This document shows, one piece after another, positions 1 to 9,292 of a stretch of 45,118 nt of DNA (positions are counted from its first letter, which is position 1; every line of letters starts with the position of its first letter). Under the pieces are notes generated by a model. It was not told where the DNA came from and did not search any database. It saw only the letters and a list, made by a program, of their open reading frames with translations. Made by a program: the position numbers and the translations under genes. The stretch is from Thermoproteota archaeon (GTDB taxonomy: Archaea; Korarchaeota; Korarchaeia; Korarchaeales; JAOZGB01): positions 1 through 45,118 of the forward strand of contig JAVCBU010000022.1 in NCBI GenBank assembly GCA_037917685.1. Direction: 5' to 3'.

Positions 1-1377
1 CTCCACGACTACTGGCTGCTCCCTGGAAAGGGAATAAACGTACTCCACGCAGCCGTTCAAGGAGCCTCTAGTAAATACCCTTATCCCCAAGCCCTCCGTC
101 CCGTAGTCCGGCTTAACCACAACCTTCTGGTGCCTGGAGAGGAAGCTGGATATTACCCGCTTTATGCCGCTTAGGGGGGAGCCAAGGCCCACGTACACGT
201 ATTCGGGCATGAGGATCCCTTCTCCCCCGAGGCTATTGTATAGCTCGACGAACCTGTGCGTCAGGTATTTGCTGTCACAGCGCCTGGAGGCGCTGTACGA
301 GTTCAGAACCTCGCACCCCTTAGCCTCCAGCCTTTCGGACAGCGCCTCATGCATCCTTCTCTCGTCTTCCACCCTGAAATTCAGCAGGAGCACCTTCCCG
401 GGATTCGAGGGATATACGGGCGCCTCTACGATGAACCCCCCCTCCCAGAGAATAGCCCTGTGTATCCTAGAATCCCTCCCAAGCCAGCCGATGTACACCC
501 CCTCCACAATCCTTCCGGCGTACTGAAGCTTGAGAAACTCCGCGTCTTTAAACATTTGCCACAGCGCGTTCTTGAAATAGCCGCTGAAGCCCCCAAACAC
601 TACTGTGAGCCTGTCACCCTCGAGGGGGGGCCTGGGGGTCGTCGCCAGCTTGAGGAAGGGCTCCGACAAAACTCCCTGGTGGAGCCTCTCCGCTATGAGC
701 CACCCAAGCCTCTCCCTGTATGTGAATGAAAAGAGGGTCCTGAGAAGCTCGATGCCTGGAACGATCCTCGATGCCGCATGAAAAAGAGAAAAAGCAGCCA
801 TATCCAGGTCCTCGAGGACTCTGCGCAGGGTCTCGGCGAAGCTCCTCCCCTTCAGGAAGCCTCTTTCCAGGATGTAATAGCCCTCCATCAGGAGGTTAAG
901 GTTTTCCTCGTCGATGGCCTCCCCTATCATCGACTCCACGCAGCGCTTAACCTCCCTAAGGCGGAAAATCGCTCGGGCCGGGCAGGCCTCAATTCCGAGC
1001 CACCCCACGTCCGATGACTCGAGGGAAGGTAAGTTTTTGAGAGCTAGATACCTCGCCACCCAGGAGCACCTCCCCGAGAATGCGGAGGCATTTTCCCTTA
1101 CCAGGGCTAATGCCTCGGAGCCCGCCCTGCCCTCGAACAGCCTCCTAGTGGGGCTACTCAGGCCTATCAGCCTGTCCACGTAGTCCACGACCGTATTCAC
1201 ATCCCTCCGAGCTTCCATCATCTCGTAAACAGCCCTCACAGGTCCCCTCCCCTCCCTTCTCGGAAAGCCGTCGATGAAGTTGGCGCGGTAGTATTCCATC
1301 AGATGGACCATGCCCCTCAGATCGTCCTCGGCTACCTCCCTGAGTATCGATGCCAGCGTTCGTCTCGTGGGAATCAT
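1..1377 (-). CDS. ATP-grasp (RimK-like) ligase with a long N-terminal extension; 3' end lies outside the window (at least 459 aa)
   Basis: Not in the ORF track because it has no stop in the window. I translated it by hand from ATG 1377, which overlaps the upstream stop as ATGA. It is open to position 1: MIPTRRTLASILREVAEDDL...VLNSYSASRRCDSKYLTHRFV...MPEYVYV...VVKPDYGTEGLGIRVF...QPVVVE. This matches the ATP-grasp pattern N..(D/N)K...P...VVKP..G..G.G...VVE. Confidence 0.8.
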   Translation of the reverse strand, partial: MIPTRRTLASILREVAEDDLRGMVHLMEYYRANFIDGFPRREGRGPVRAVYEMMEARRDVNTVVDYVDRLIGLSSPTRRLFEGRAGSEALALVRENASAFSGRCSWVARYLALKNLPSLESSDVGWLGIEACPARAIFRLREVKRCVESMIGEAIDEENLNLLMEGYYILERGFLKGRSFAETLRRVLEDLDMAAFSLFHAASRIVPGIELLRTLFSFTYRERLGWLIAERLHQGVLSEPFLKLATTPRPPLEGDRLTVVFGGFSGYFKNALWQMFKDAEFLKLQYAGRIVEGVYIGWLGRDSRIHRAILWEGGFIVEAPVYPSNPGKVLLLNFRVEDERRMHEALSERLEAKGCEVLNSYSASRRCDSKYLTHRFVELYNSLGGEGILMPEYVYVGLGSPLSGIKRVISSFLSRHQKVVVKPDYGTEGLGIRVFTRGSLNGCVEYVYSLSREQPVVVE

Positions 1378-4300
1378 CTGGCTCCCTTACCCGATTCAAG
1401 CAGTCTCTTGTATCTCAGCCCCACTAGGGCCAGGTTCCTAAGTATCGGATCCACAGACTCCCCAGCCCTCCCCCTCCTTTCCAGCTCCCTCTCATATGGG
1501 TAGAACAAGCCCATCCCTATGTTCTCCTCTATGGGCACTACAATCCAGTCCACCAACTTCCCATCCTCGTAGATCGGCTTCAGCATCAGATCCGACAGGT
1601 TCGTCATCGGGAATGAGTAGGGAGTCCCTGTGGCGTCCCTGCCCACCCTGATGCCAAGCCTCTCGGCCAGGATGGGGGCGTAGAGCTCCATCATCTTCAT
1701 CGTGGCCTTCGAGATCCTCTCCATCTCGTCTACCAGGTGCCTGTACTCTTCCCTAAACATTTCCCTCTCGAGGACGAAGAGCTGGCCTCCCTGGCCGAAG
1801 TTGGCGATGCTCTTCACGTGTATGAGCATGATGCGCCCGGTTATCTCCGGCTCCCCCCCGGGCGCCTGGGTGACGTAGTTCCGGAAGTTCCAGTAGAGCT
1901 TAGTGTCGTCTCGGACGCTGATCCCCAGCTTCTCGAACCTCTTTATGACCTCCCCGAGAGCCTTGTCCGTCAGTATCTCCCTAGGCCTGGACTCTATGAA
2001 CTCCTGCACCACCGCGTCGTCCCGGGGCAATATGTCCTCCACTATGAACCTTACGGCATCATCGAAGTTGTGCACCTCGACCGAGCCGTCGATCCCCCTC
2101 GCCCTTTCCAGGTTTTTGGTGCCGTCCGGCCTCCTGAGCAGCGCGACTATCGTCCCCCTGCCTCCCGACTCCGTGCTGGTCTTTATTATCACCTTAGGGT
2201 GCCTCAGGGAGAAATCGTATAATATCTCCTCCACGATCCTTCTACGTTCGCCCTCGGCTTTGTCCCTGAGATCTTCCCGGTATATGTTTACCTGGTCGAC
2301 GAGGGGGACTCTCTCCCTCTCTTCCACCAGCGAGTTGTAGTACTCTATCATCTCGGGCAGCACGGTCTTCATGTATGTGACCCTGTCGATTATCCTCGAC
2401 TGGCTAACGGGCACCCCCATGTCCTCTAGGACCTGCCCCTTGAACCATGGGTGGGTAAAGTGGGGAAACACTACGTGCGCCACTATGGGCCTCTTGAACC
2501 TTACGAACACGAACCTGCCCTCGGGCCCCACGCTCCTGTACCTTTCGCGGAGGACGGGGTCGAGTATATAGCTGGCTATCTTGTTCTTCCCGCCAGCCTT
2601 CTCGTACTCCTCCCTAGTCAGGTACATAAACCCGTAATCGACTAGCGCCACCTCCCTGCCGCTCGCCGGGTCTCTTCCCTTCCTGAGGAAGTTCGTCATG
2701 ACGATGTTCTTGTCCGGACCCCTACCGGAGTGGTGGTAGGGGGCTCTCCTCAGGAAGACCATCGCCGTAGTGTTGCCCAGGTTGTACATTAAGACTACGT
2801 TCACCCTCTCCGAGGCCCTTATCGCCTCCGGGTCCACGCCGTCGAGGACCTCGGGCAGGTAGAAGCCGTCATGGTACAGGGTGGCTAGGTCCCTCAGGCG
2901 GGCGTAGCTGAAGACAAACCTTGACGCCTCGGCGTATCCGTCCCTAGCGGCTATGTCGTCCCCGTCCACGCCCCAGGTCATCAGCCTCTCAACGTCCTCC
3001 CTATCCCACAGCTTCAGCTCAGTCCTCTCCTCCATCAGCCCCCTCAGGTACCTGTAGAGCCACTCGTGCCTGCGGGCTACGAGCTCGAACATCTCCCTCC
3101 TTGTAAACAGGTCCCTGAACTCCCTATCCTTGGAGAAGGCGGCCCGGGTATACAGGTACGGAGCATAGTCGAAAATGTGGTTGTTTAGAGTCCTGTCGAA
3201 GAACCTTGCGATAGCCGTCCACATCTCCCTCCAGCTCGAGGCATCGGAGGTGAGCTCTACCGCGAGGGCGGAATCCAGCAGCTCGGCAACGAGGGCTATG
3301 CGCTCTATCCTCTCCTTCTGCCCCTGAACCCTGAATGCCAGCCGAGAGAGGTGGTCCACGAGCCTCCTATGCTCGTCTATAGTCAAGCCGCCGACCTTGA
3401 GAACCCTCTCAGCGACTTCACGATATATCTTAAGAGACTCCTCCGCTCCAGCGATCTCCCTGGTGATCGCCCTGATCGCCGAGGCGAGAAGTACCAGAAA
3501 CTCCGAGTATGACTGGTCCGAGAAGCCGGATACATTTTCCTCCATCAGCCTCCTAGCCTCCCCATAGATGGAGTCTAGATCCTTATCTAAGCTCCTCCCA
3601 GCCAGTGAGCTTATGATCCTAGCCCTCCTTTGCCTCCTGCGGATCATCCTCAGCTGCATAACCTCCCACTCCTCCCTCGTCTCTCCCTTGAGTGACCCGC
3701 CCAGAACTCTCTCCATCCTGGCGATCCTGCCTTCCCTGAGGAGGAAGGTGGCAACTATCTCATCCACCTTCTCCTTGGGAAGGAGACCCCTCATGGGCGG
3801 CGCATGCCTTAAATCGGGCGGTGCGCGCCCGATCCGCTCCTCGAACTTCTCCCTCAGGCCGGCTACGTAGTCCCTAAACTCCTCGTACGTAGGAATTTTT
3901 CCAGCATTGCCGGCGATCACGTAGCGCCCCCCTATCAGGAGGAACGTCCCAAAGTCCAGGTCGGCAACGTTAAGCCCCTCGGCCATCCTCGAAAGGACCT
4001 CGAGCAACAGTCCATACCTCTTCCCGTAGTCGCTGTAGGTTCTCGGGTCGTCGCCCAGCTCCACGCCCGAGTACAGCCTGTAGTATCTATCTAGCTTCCC
4101 GTTTCTCAGCTCCGCCGATATCCGGTTGAGGAGCTCCTGGGCCTCCTCGTACCTTCCATCCATTATGCTCCTTAGGAGGGCTTCAGCCAGCTCCCGCTCC
4201 CTCTCGACCTCCCTCCTCCACTCATCTATGACAGCATCGGAAATTCCTATGCTGACGTAGGTGCCTCTGAACGCCAGCCACATCTTCGCCATGTCGCGGT

Positions 4301-7300
4301 CCCACACAGGCCCCCGTGCGCCGGCAGTACCGTCTACGATGGCTAAGGCGCTGTCCGGATTCCCATCCCTCATTAGGTAGTACAGCCTAGCCTGGTCGTA
4401 AGCCAGCTGGACTATGCTAGGATGGGGGACCCCGAGACTGAGCACATCTAGCCCTCTTACTCCCGCCACGGGATCCTCGTAGAAGCCCTTATAGTACGTT
4501 ATCAGCCAAGTTATCCTACCCCTAATCTTGTTTTCGATGACCCTCTCGACGTCCTCCGCCCCTCTTAGCCCAGGCCACTGTCCGAAGTTCAGCCCATACT
4601 CTTCCAAGGACCTATCTATCTCCCCGTCGGTGAGCCCCAGCTCGCGCAGATCCTCCCTTATCAGCTCTATCACGGCCCTAGGCCTGTCCTTAACCTTAAT
4701 CAGCCCCCCTCCCTCCTTCACGCCCACGATCCATTCCAGGAAGTTGTTTCCGAAGCTCTCTATGTTGAGTAGTATGTCATCCTCCCCGAACCCCTCTATG
4801 TTGTCCAGCAGCGCCAGCTTAACCTCGCTGGCGAGCTTTCTGAGGGTTAGCTCCCCGTCGAACAGCCAGGAGTCCCTATCTATCAGGGGGTCTATGACGC
4901 GTACCTCCCTGGGAACGCCGTACCTGCCTACCCCACGTGAGATCAGATCCTGTAGCCACCCCCACCTCAGCCTCTTCAGCCTTCTGCCGGAGTGCGTCAG
5001 GCCGAGGAACACGTCGAACTCGGTCGTGAGCCTGCTGTCCTGGACACCCGGCTTGTAGGATGCCTGGATCCCCACAGAGCACTCCTCCAGCCTCTTATCT
5101 GTTCTCCCATGCTTCCGTGCTAGATCCACAGCATGCCCTATTAGGGCAGCCGCGTGGTAGGCCATGAATATGTTGACGGCCCTGGAAGGTAGGTACCTTC
5201 TCTCGTAGAGCTCCCTAGAAGCGGTCCTAAGATACTCAGCCCACTCGTCCCGGGGCTGGCCCAACTTCTCGAGAACCTGTAGCGCTTGGGGGAGGCTGCC
5301 CAGGTAGATAGATTTCGCCGACGCCCCCTCCAACACGGGCCTGAGGAGGCTGTAGGATTCCTCCAGCCACTCGAGTGGATCCTCGTGCTCCACCCTGCTC
5401 TCTAGTATCCTGTTCGCTAAGTCCCTGACGAGGCCGTGAAGGTGGGATGGGATTCCGATCTTCTCTAGAACCTCAGAATCCCTGAGGGACAGAACATAGC
5501 TTACGAAGAGGCCGTCCTTAGGGACGCAGAAGCCCCCATAGCCCCTGCCGGGCCACAGGATGAGGTGGGTAGGCCTGAAGTTGATGTTGGCTATCATGGA
5601 GTAGGCGTTGGCGTCCATCGCCTCGGAGCTTAGGGCCACCAAGTTGGCGAAGGCGTAGTTGTCGTCCCTCGATGCGTTCTCCAGGGTCTTCTGGCCCTCG
5701 GCGTGGGGGGGATTGATATACGCGTGCACCCCCTCCTCCGAGACGTTTATCTTCTCGAACAGCTCCCTGGCTGCCGCGCCCGCCTCCTCGTCGAAGGGGC
5801 CCAGCTGCTGGCCAAGGGCTATCACGGAGTCTATCTCGCGAGGCCCTAGGTCCACCCTACTGGGGGCGTACACCAGGTTGTACCTCTTTCCTGGCTCCGT
5901 GGCCGAGAACCAGTAGTCTTTAACCTTCTCCTGCAGCCCGTGCCTAGCTATAACCTCCTTCCTCGCCGTGGATCGGGAAAGGTAGATCCTCCTGTAAATG
6001 TACCTGTCTATTTCCCCGGCGAGCGACTCCTCCCTGGCCGAAGTCCTAGATAGGGAGAAGTCCTTCTCGAGCTTGTAGCTCTCAAGAACTCTCTCGCGTG
6101 CCTCTCCGGGGGGAACTCCCTGGGCCATCAGGCGGCTGGCCTCTCCCTCCAATCCATGCTCCTCGATCAGACACAGCTTGGCCACCTCCCGGGAGAAGGC
6201 GGGATCTTTGGAGATCATGCTCATCAGCGCCCTCTCCCTGCTGAGCCCCCTACCCATCTCCACCCTCACTGCCTCTTCTAGCCTCTGCTCCTCCACTATT
6301 TTCTCAGCACAGCTCACTATCCGCTCCCTGTAGGACAGGGCCAACTCCTCGACCTCGCCCTCCAGGCCGAAGGCCTTTACCACGTTATAGTTGGCCATCT
6401 CCTCCTCCAGCCAGAACCTTACGAGGCTGGTCATGTTGTAGCTCTGGGTGGTTACAACTATGAACGTCGGCCTCTTCCGTCCTTCTTTCTCGGCCAGAGC
6501 GATGTTCTCGGCCCAGTAGGGCGCCATAGACCTTATAGCGGACTCCATGTTCTCGTAGTCAATTTCGTATCTCCCGTCGCCGGTCTCGTGGATGAAGAGG
6601 GGCAGGGCCTCAACCCAGTAGTCCACGTACTTTAGAGCCTCGAGGCTGGGAGTGGCGTAGACCTGGGGGCTCCCCTCCAGGATGTATTTTTCTAGCCCGA
6701 AGGAGGGGCCCGCAAAGGCCTTCATTACCTCGTTGACGTAGGCCACCTTCGATGCCCCAATGGGAGATAGGCGCTGGCCGAAGAATACGAAGGCCCCCCT
6801 CTTAGACCCCGACCCCCTCGCCTCTTTCCTCACCTTCAGCAATATCTCGTACGCTCCTAAAATCTTCTCGTGGAGCCCCCTCAGCACGCCTAACCTCCTC
6901 TCCCCATCCTCCGGCGCCTCCCTCCATAACTCTTCCTCGCTCCCCCTCAAATAGTCGCCTAGGGCCTTGAGGACGCTCCTCTCGAGCCGGATGAGTTGCG
7001 CATCCGGGATGTACCTATTGAGAAGGCGGGCCTTGAATATCAGGGCCCGGTAGTAGGCCCTGCCGCCGAGATCCTCCAGGAAATCAACGAGATCCTCCAC
7101 GCTCCTCTTCAGGGAATCCGTGACTTCGCAACATCTCGAGGAGGCGAGCACGTAACCCATCACCATGGAGGCCCTGCCGAGGCGCATGTACACTAGGTCC
7201 ATACCGGCCCTCCTAGCACTCTCTGCCAGGTACCTCACGTTTTCGGCATCTATATCCTCCCTGTATGTTTCTCTCAATGCCCTGTAGAGCTCCAGTCTGC

Positions 7301-7961
7301 ACTCCGACCCGTACTTGGCATCGCCGTACTCCTCCAGTATCCTCCTGGTCCTCGCCACGTCGTAGGGATACTCCCTCCCGGAGCAGGACAATATCCAAGA
7401 GACCCATCTTTCCCTCTCATACCCCTCCGACTTGCTCCCCCTCTCCAGGAAGGTTAGAAGATTATTGCCCCAGTCAACTTCCTTCCTCGAGAGAATGCTC
7501 CTCAACTCTCTCCTTCGAGCCTCGCCAATCTTCGAATATACATGTAGGATCTTCGAGCATATCTCCCTTAAAGAGAGGCCGAGCCCGTGGAGAACCAGGC
7601 TAGCCAGGACGAGAGCGTATAGGAGGCCCATCTCCTTCCCATCCTCTTTTAGGAGGGTCACGTCGATGAAGTATTCATGGCCTATCTTCTCCGCGATGCA
7701 TCTGTTGTTCTCTAGCAGAATAGCAGAGGCTCTGCCGCTATAGTCTATGGAGAATGCTCTCGCTAACCGGTTATACTCACGTATCGCCCCCTCCAGCCGT
7801 TCTCCACATCTCTTAGAGCTCGAAGGAGAGTATTCATACCCAGCTATGACGCCCTTGGTAAAGAACAGTTCAAGCCTGCCGACCTCCTTACCCCTGTCCC
7901 TTTTCAGCCTCCCATTCTCTCCGAAATATAGGGGGAATATGCACGTGCCTTCGAGTGGCAT
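1374..7961 (-). CDS. 2195-aa fusion: NDP-sugar (UDP-glucose/GDP-mannose) dehydrogenase-like core plus C-terminal ATP-grasp ligase
   Basis: Dehydrogenase motifs occur in order: YAPSRV (cf. PER), AEGQKTLENASRD..AFAN, WPGRGYGGFCVPKD, YKPGVQDSR, VRVIDP, AIVDG. ATP-grasp motifs occur near the C-terminus: VIIKTSTESGGRG, VVQEFIE, NFRNYV, IANFGQGG, DLM, IEENIG. Confidence 0.8.
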   Translation of the reverse strand: MPLEGTCIFPLYFGENGRLKRDRGKEVGRLELFFTKGVIAGYEYSPSSSKRCGERLEGAIREYNRLARAFSIDYSGRASAILLENNRCIAEKIGHEYFIDVTLLKEDGKEMGLLYALVLASLVLHGLGLSLREICSKILHVYSKIGEARRRELRSILSRKEVDWGNNLLTFLERGSKSEGYERERWVSWILSCSGREYPYDVARTRRILEEYGDAKYGSECRLELYRALRETYREDIDAENVRYLAESARRAGMDLVYMRLGRASMVMGYVLASSRCCEVTDSLKRSVEDLVDFLEDLGGRAYYRALIFKARLLNRYIPDAQLIRLERSVLKALGDYLRGSEEELWREAPEDGERRLGVLRGLHEKILGAYEILLKVRKEARGSGSKRGAFVFFGQRLSPIGASKVAYVNEVMKAFAGPSFGLEKYILEGSPQVYATPSLEALKYVDYWVEALPLFIHETGDGRYEIDYENMESAIRSMAPYWAENIALAEKEGRKRPTFIVVTTQSYNMTSLVRFWLEEEMANYNVVKAFGLEGEVEELALSYRERIVSCAEKIVEEQRLEEAVRVEMGRGLSRERALMSMISKDPAFSREVAKLCLIEEHGLEGEASRLMAQGVPPGEARERVLESYKLEKDFSLSRTSAREESLAGEIDRYIYRRIYLSRSTARKEVIARHGLQEKVKDYWFSATEPGKRYNLVYAPSRVDLGPREIDSVIALGQQLGPFDEEAGAAARELFEKINVSEEGVHAYINPPHAEGQKTLENASRDDNYAFANLVALSSEAMDANAYSMIANINFRPTHLILWPGRGYGGFCVPKDGLFVSYVLSLRDSEVLEKIGIPSHLHGLVRDLANRILESRVEHEDPLEWLEESYSLLRPVLEGASAKSIYLGSLPQALQVLEKLGQPRDEWAEYLRTASRELYERRYLPSRAVNIFMAYHAAALIGHAVDLARKHGRTDKRLEECSVGIQASYKPGVQDSRLTTEFDVFLGLTHSGRRLKRLRWGWLQDLISRGVGRYGVPREVRVIDPLIDRDSWLFDGELTLRKLASEVKLALLDNIEGFGEDDILLNIESFGNNFLEWIVGVKEGGGLIKVKDRPRAVIELIREDLRELGLTDGEIDRSLEEYGLNFGQWPGLRGAEDVERVIENKIRGRITWLITYYKGFYEDPVAGVRGLDVLSLGVPHPSIVQLAYDQARLYYLMRDGNPDSALAIVDGTAGARGPVWDRDMAKMWLAFRGTYVSIGISDAVIDEWRREVERERELAEALLRSIMDGRYEEAQELLNRISAELRNGKLDRYYRLYSGVELGDDPRTYSDYGKRYGLLLEVLSRMAEGLNVADLDFGTFLLIGGRYVIAGNAGKIPTYEEFRDYVAGLREKFEERIGRAPPDLRHAPPMRGLLPKEKVDEIVATFLLREGRIARMERVLGGSLKGETREEWEVMQLRMIRRRQRRARIISSLAGRSLDKDLDSIYGEARRLMEENVSGFSDQSYSEFLVLLASAIRAITREIAGAEESLKIYREVAERVLKVGGLTIDEHRRLVDHLSRLAFRVQGQKERIERIALVAELLDSALAVELTSDASSWREMWTAIARFFDRTLNNHIFDYAPYLYTRAAFSKDREFRDLFTRREMFELVARRHEWLYRYLRGLMEERTELKLWDREDVERLMTWGVDGDDIAARDGYAEASRFVFSYARLRDLATLYHDGFYLPEVLDGVDPEAIRASERVNVVLMYNLGNTTAMVFLRRAPYHHSGRGPDKNIVMTNFLRKGRDPASGREVALVDYGFMYLTREEYEKAGGKNKIASYILDPVLRERYRSVGPEGRFVFVRFKRPIVAHVVFPHFTHPWFKGQVLEDMGVPVSQSRIIDRVTYMKTVLPEMIEYYNSLVEERERVPLVDQVNIYREDLRDKAEGERRRIVEEILYDFSLRHPKVIIKTSTESGGRGTIVALLRRPDGTKNLERARGIDGSVEVHNFDDAVRFIVEDILPRDDAVVQEFIESRPREILTDKALGEVIKRFEKLGISVRDDTKLYWNFRNYVTQAPGGEPEITGRIMLIHVKSIANFGQGGQLFVLEREMFREEYRHLVDEMERISKATMKMMELYAPILAERLGIRVGRDATGTPYSFPMTNLSDLMLKPIYEDGKLVDWIVVPIEENIGMGLFYPYERELERRGRAGESVDPILRNLALVGLRYKRLLESGKGAR

Positions 7962-8208
7962 CCCTATTTACCTCTAGTAGCCCTCATAAAAACCTCCCGA
8001 TTGCATCATATCACCTACTACTCCCCTAGGGATATCTTATATCCCGGTCAATTAAATTGATTATTAGCCCCGTCATCCTTAACCAAAGTTTGGGAGCGCC
8101 CCGCCATTAAGCAGGAGGGTGCCCGGCAGGGGACAAAGCATGGCAGAATGGATAGGGGCTGGAAGTCCATAAGTTTAAATAGGGCTTGAATATCCATGGG
8201 GATGGGGA

Positions 8209-8451
8209 GTGGGAGAGAGGGTGAAAATCGATGAGCGATGGAGGATAGTAATCCCTTCGAGGTTCAGGGAGGGGCTGAGGCCGAGGGACGAGTTGGTGGT
8301 TGAAAGGAGGGGGGCGGAGATAGTCCTAAAAAAGGCCTCCCGAGAGGACCTCCTGAAAGAGTTTAATGAGATAAAACTGTTCGTAAATGAGAACCTGAGA
8401 ACCTTGAGCGCTGAGAAGGGCAAGCATATGTACGGGGGGCGCAAGGAATGA
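8209..8451 (+). CDS. AbrB/MazE/SpoVT-family antitoxin (VapB-type)
   Basis: 80 aa with KIDERWRIVIPSRFREGLRPRDEL (AbrB pattern); ATGA overlap with the downstream PIN gene. Confidence 0.85.
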   Translation: MGERVKIDERWRIVIPSRFREGLRPRDELVVERRGAEIVLKKASREDLLKEFNEIKLFVNENLRTLSAEKGKHMYGGRKE

Positions 8452-8876
8452 GAATTCTGGACGCAGACGTACTTTCCTACGGCCTTCTGGAGAATCATGT
8501 GGCAACTCCATACACGAGGCCTTTAATCGAGAGGGGGATCAAGGGCGAGCTGGAGATATATGTGACGGCAACCACCCTCCTAGAGGCCTACAATACTCTT
8601 TTCTGGCACTATAAGGTCAGGCCTCGGGTAGATGTGGCCCGCAAGATACGGTTAGTGGCGGAGGGGCTGGAGCTCATCCCTCCCTCGAACATGGGTTTCA
8701 GGATGAGCGTCGCCGATGATGTTCCTCTGGGAGATGCCATACTCGTCGCCACGGCCCTAGATAATAGGATCCCCGTAATCGTCTCTAATGACAGGCACAT
8801 CGAAAAATTAGCTGAGAAATACGGGCTGCTGTATGAGAACCCCCTGCCGGAGGAGGTTAGATCCCAGATAAAATGA
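8448..8876 (+). CDS. vapC: PIN-domain (VapC-type) toxin
   Basis: ILDADV at the N-terminus, TLLE, DAILVATA and SNDRH supply the PIN acidic residues; paired with an AbrB antitoxin. Confidence 0.85.
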   Translation: MRILDADVLSYGLLENHVATPYTRPLIERGIKGELEIYVTATTLLEAYNTLFWHYKVRPRVDVARKIRLVAEGLELIPPSNMGFRMSVADDVPLGDAILVATALDNRIPVIVSNDRHIEKLAEKYGLLYENPLPEEVRSQIK

Positions 8877-8912
8877 GATAGCTTATGCCTATCTAGACAG
8901 GTAACTATCGCC

Positions 8913-8970
8913 CGAGACGAGCTAGTAGTTGAGAGGGGGGCCGGAGGTGGTCCTAAAGGTCCCGAGGGGA
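8913..8970 (+). pseudogene. Decayed fragment of a second AbrB antitoxin copy
   Basis: cgagacgagctagtagttgagaggggggccggaggtggtcctaaaggtcccgagg resembles 8281-8348 (ccgagggacgagttggtggttgaaaggaggggggcggagatagtcctaaaaaaggcctcccgagagg) with indels. Both read RDELVVER. Confidence 0.55.
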
Positions 8971-9021
8971 CTCTTAGGTCCTCCAATCGTCTGATGCTTA
9001 CCAAAAGCTCTCCGGCTACGC

Positions 9022-9041
9022 TAGAGGCCCGTGGGCCTCTA
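9022..9041. repeat. GC-rich inverted repeat (TAGAGGCCC-GT-GGGCCTCTA) between convergent genes
   Basis: Perfect 9-bp arms read directly from the sequence; function not established. Confidence 0.5.
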
Positions 9042-9292
9042 TGCTTTACGTACCTCCGCTTCGTTTCGAAAACTAAAGCATCTAGTTAAGCTTTGATGGC
9101 CTTCCATGATAGGATCTCTGAAAGTTCCTCGTTTTCAGATTCTCGGGGATCCGTTCCCCAATCCCCCTAAGCCGCTTGTGCGGCACGGATGCTCCCCAGC
9201 ATTGGGCAGGGTGCCGAGATATGCTGCATACCGGCTGAGCTGTAAGGTCGGCGGTTGTATAGCTCCGATGATCCCTAGAGGATGGATGAAGG

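Noticed and set aside
164-1503. Plus-strand ORFs 164-526, 256-729, 778-1017, 914-1183 and 1303-1503, and minus-strand ORF 1154-1399
   Set aside because: They are shadows of the long minus-strand ATP-grasp ORF 1-1377 (and, for 1303-1503, the 3' end of the giant gene), which has recognisable motifs and normal codon use.
1374-7961. Intein(s) as an explanation for the size of the giant protein
   Set aside because: I saw no C/S...HN-C/S/T splice junctions or LAGLIDADG motifs. An HMM search would be needed to exclude them fully.
1737-7977. Numerous Ser/Leu/Pro-rich plus-strand ORFs inside the giant gene (the same applies to similar ORFs within other long genes in the window)
   Set aside because: They have the antisense composition expected opposite Glu/Arg-rich coding sequence and no motifs.
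9022-9041. Calling the GC hairpin a terminator
   Set aside because: There is no adjacent long U-tract, it is far from both stop codons, and archaeal termination does not generally depend on hairpins.
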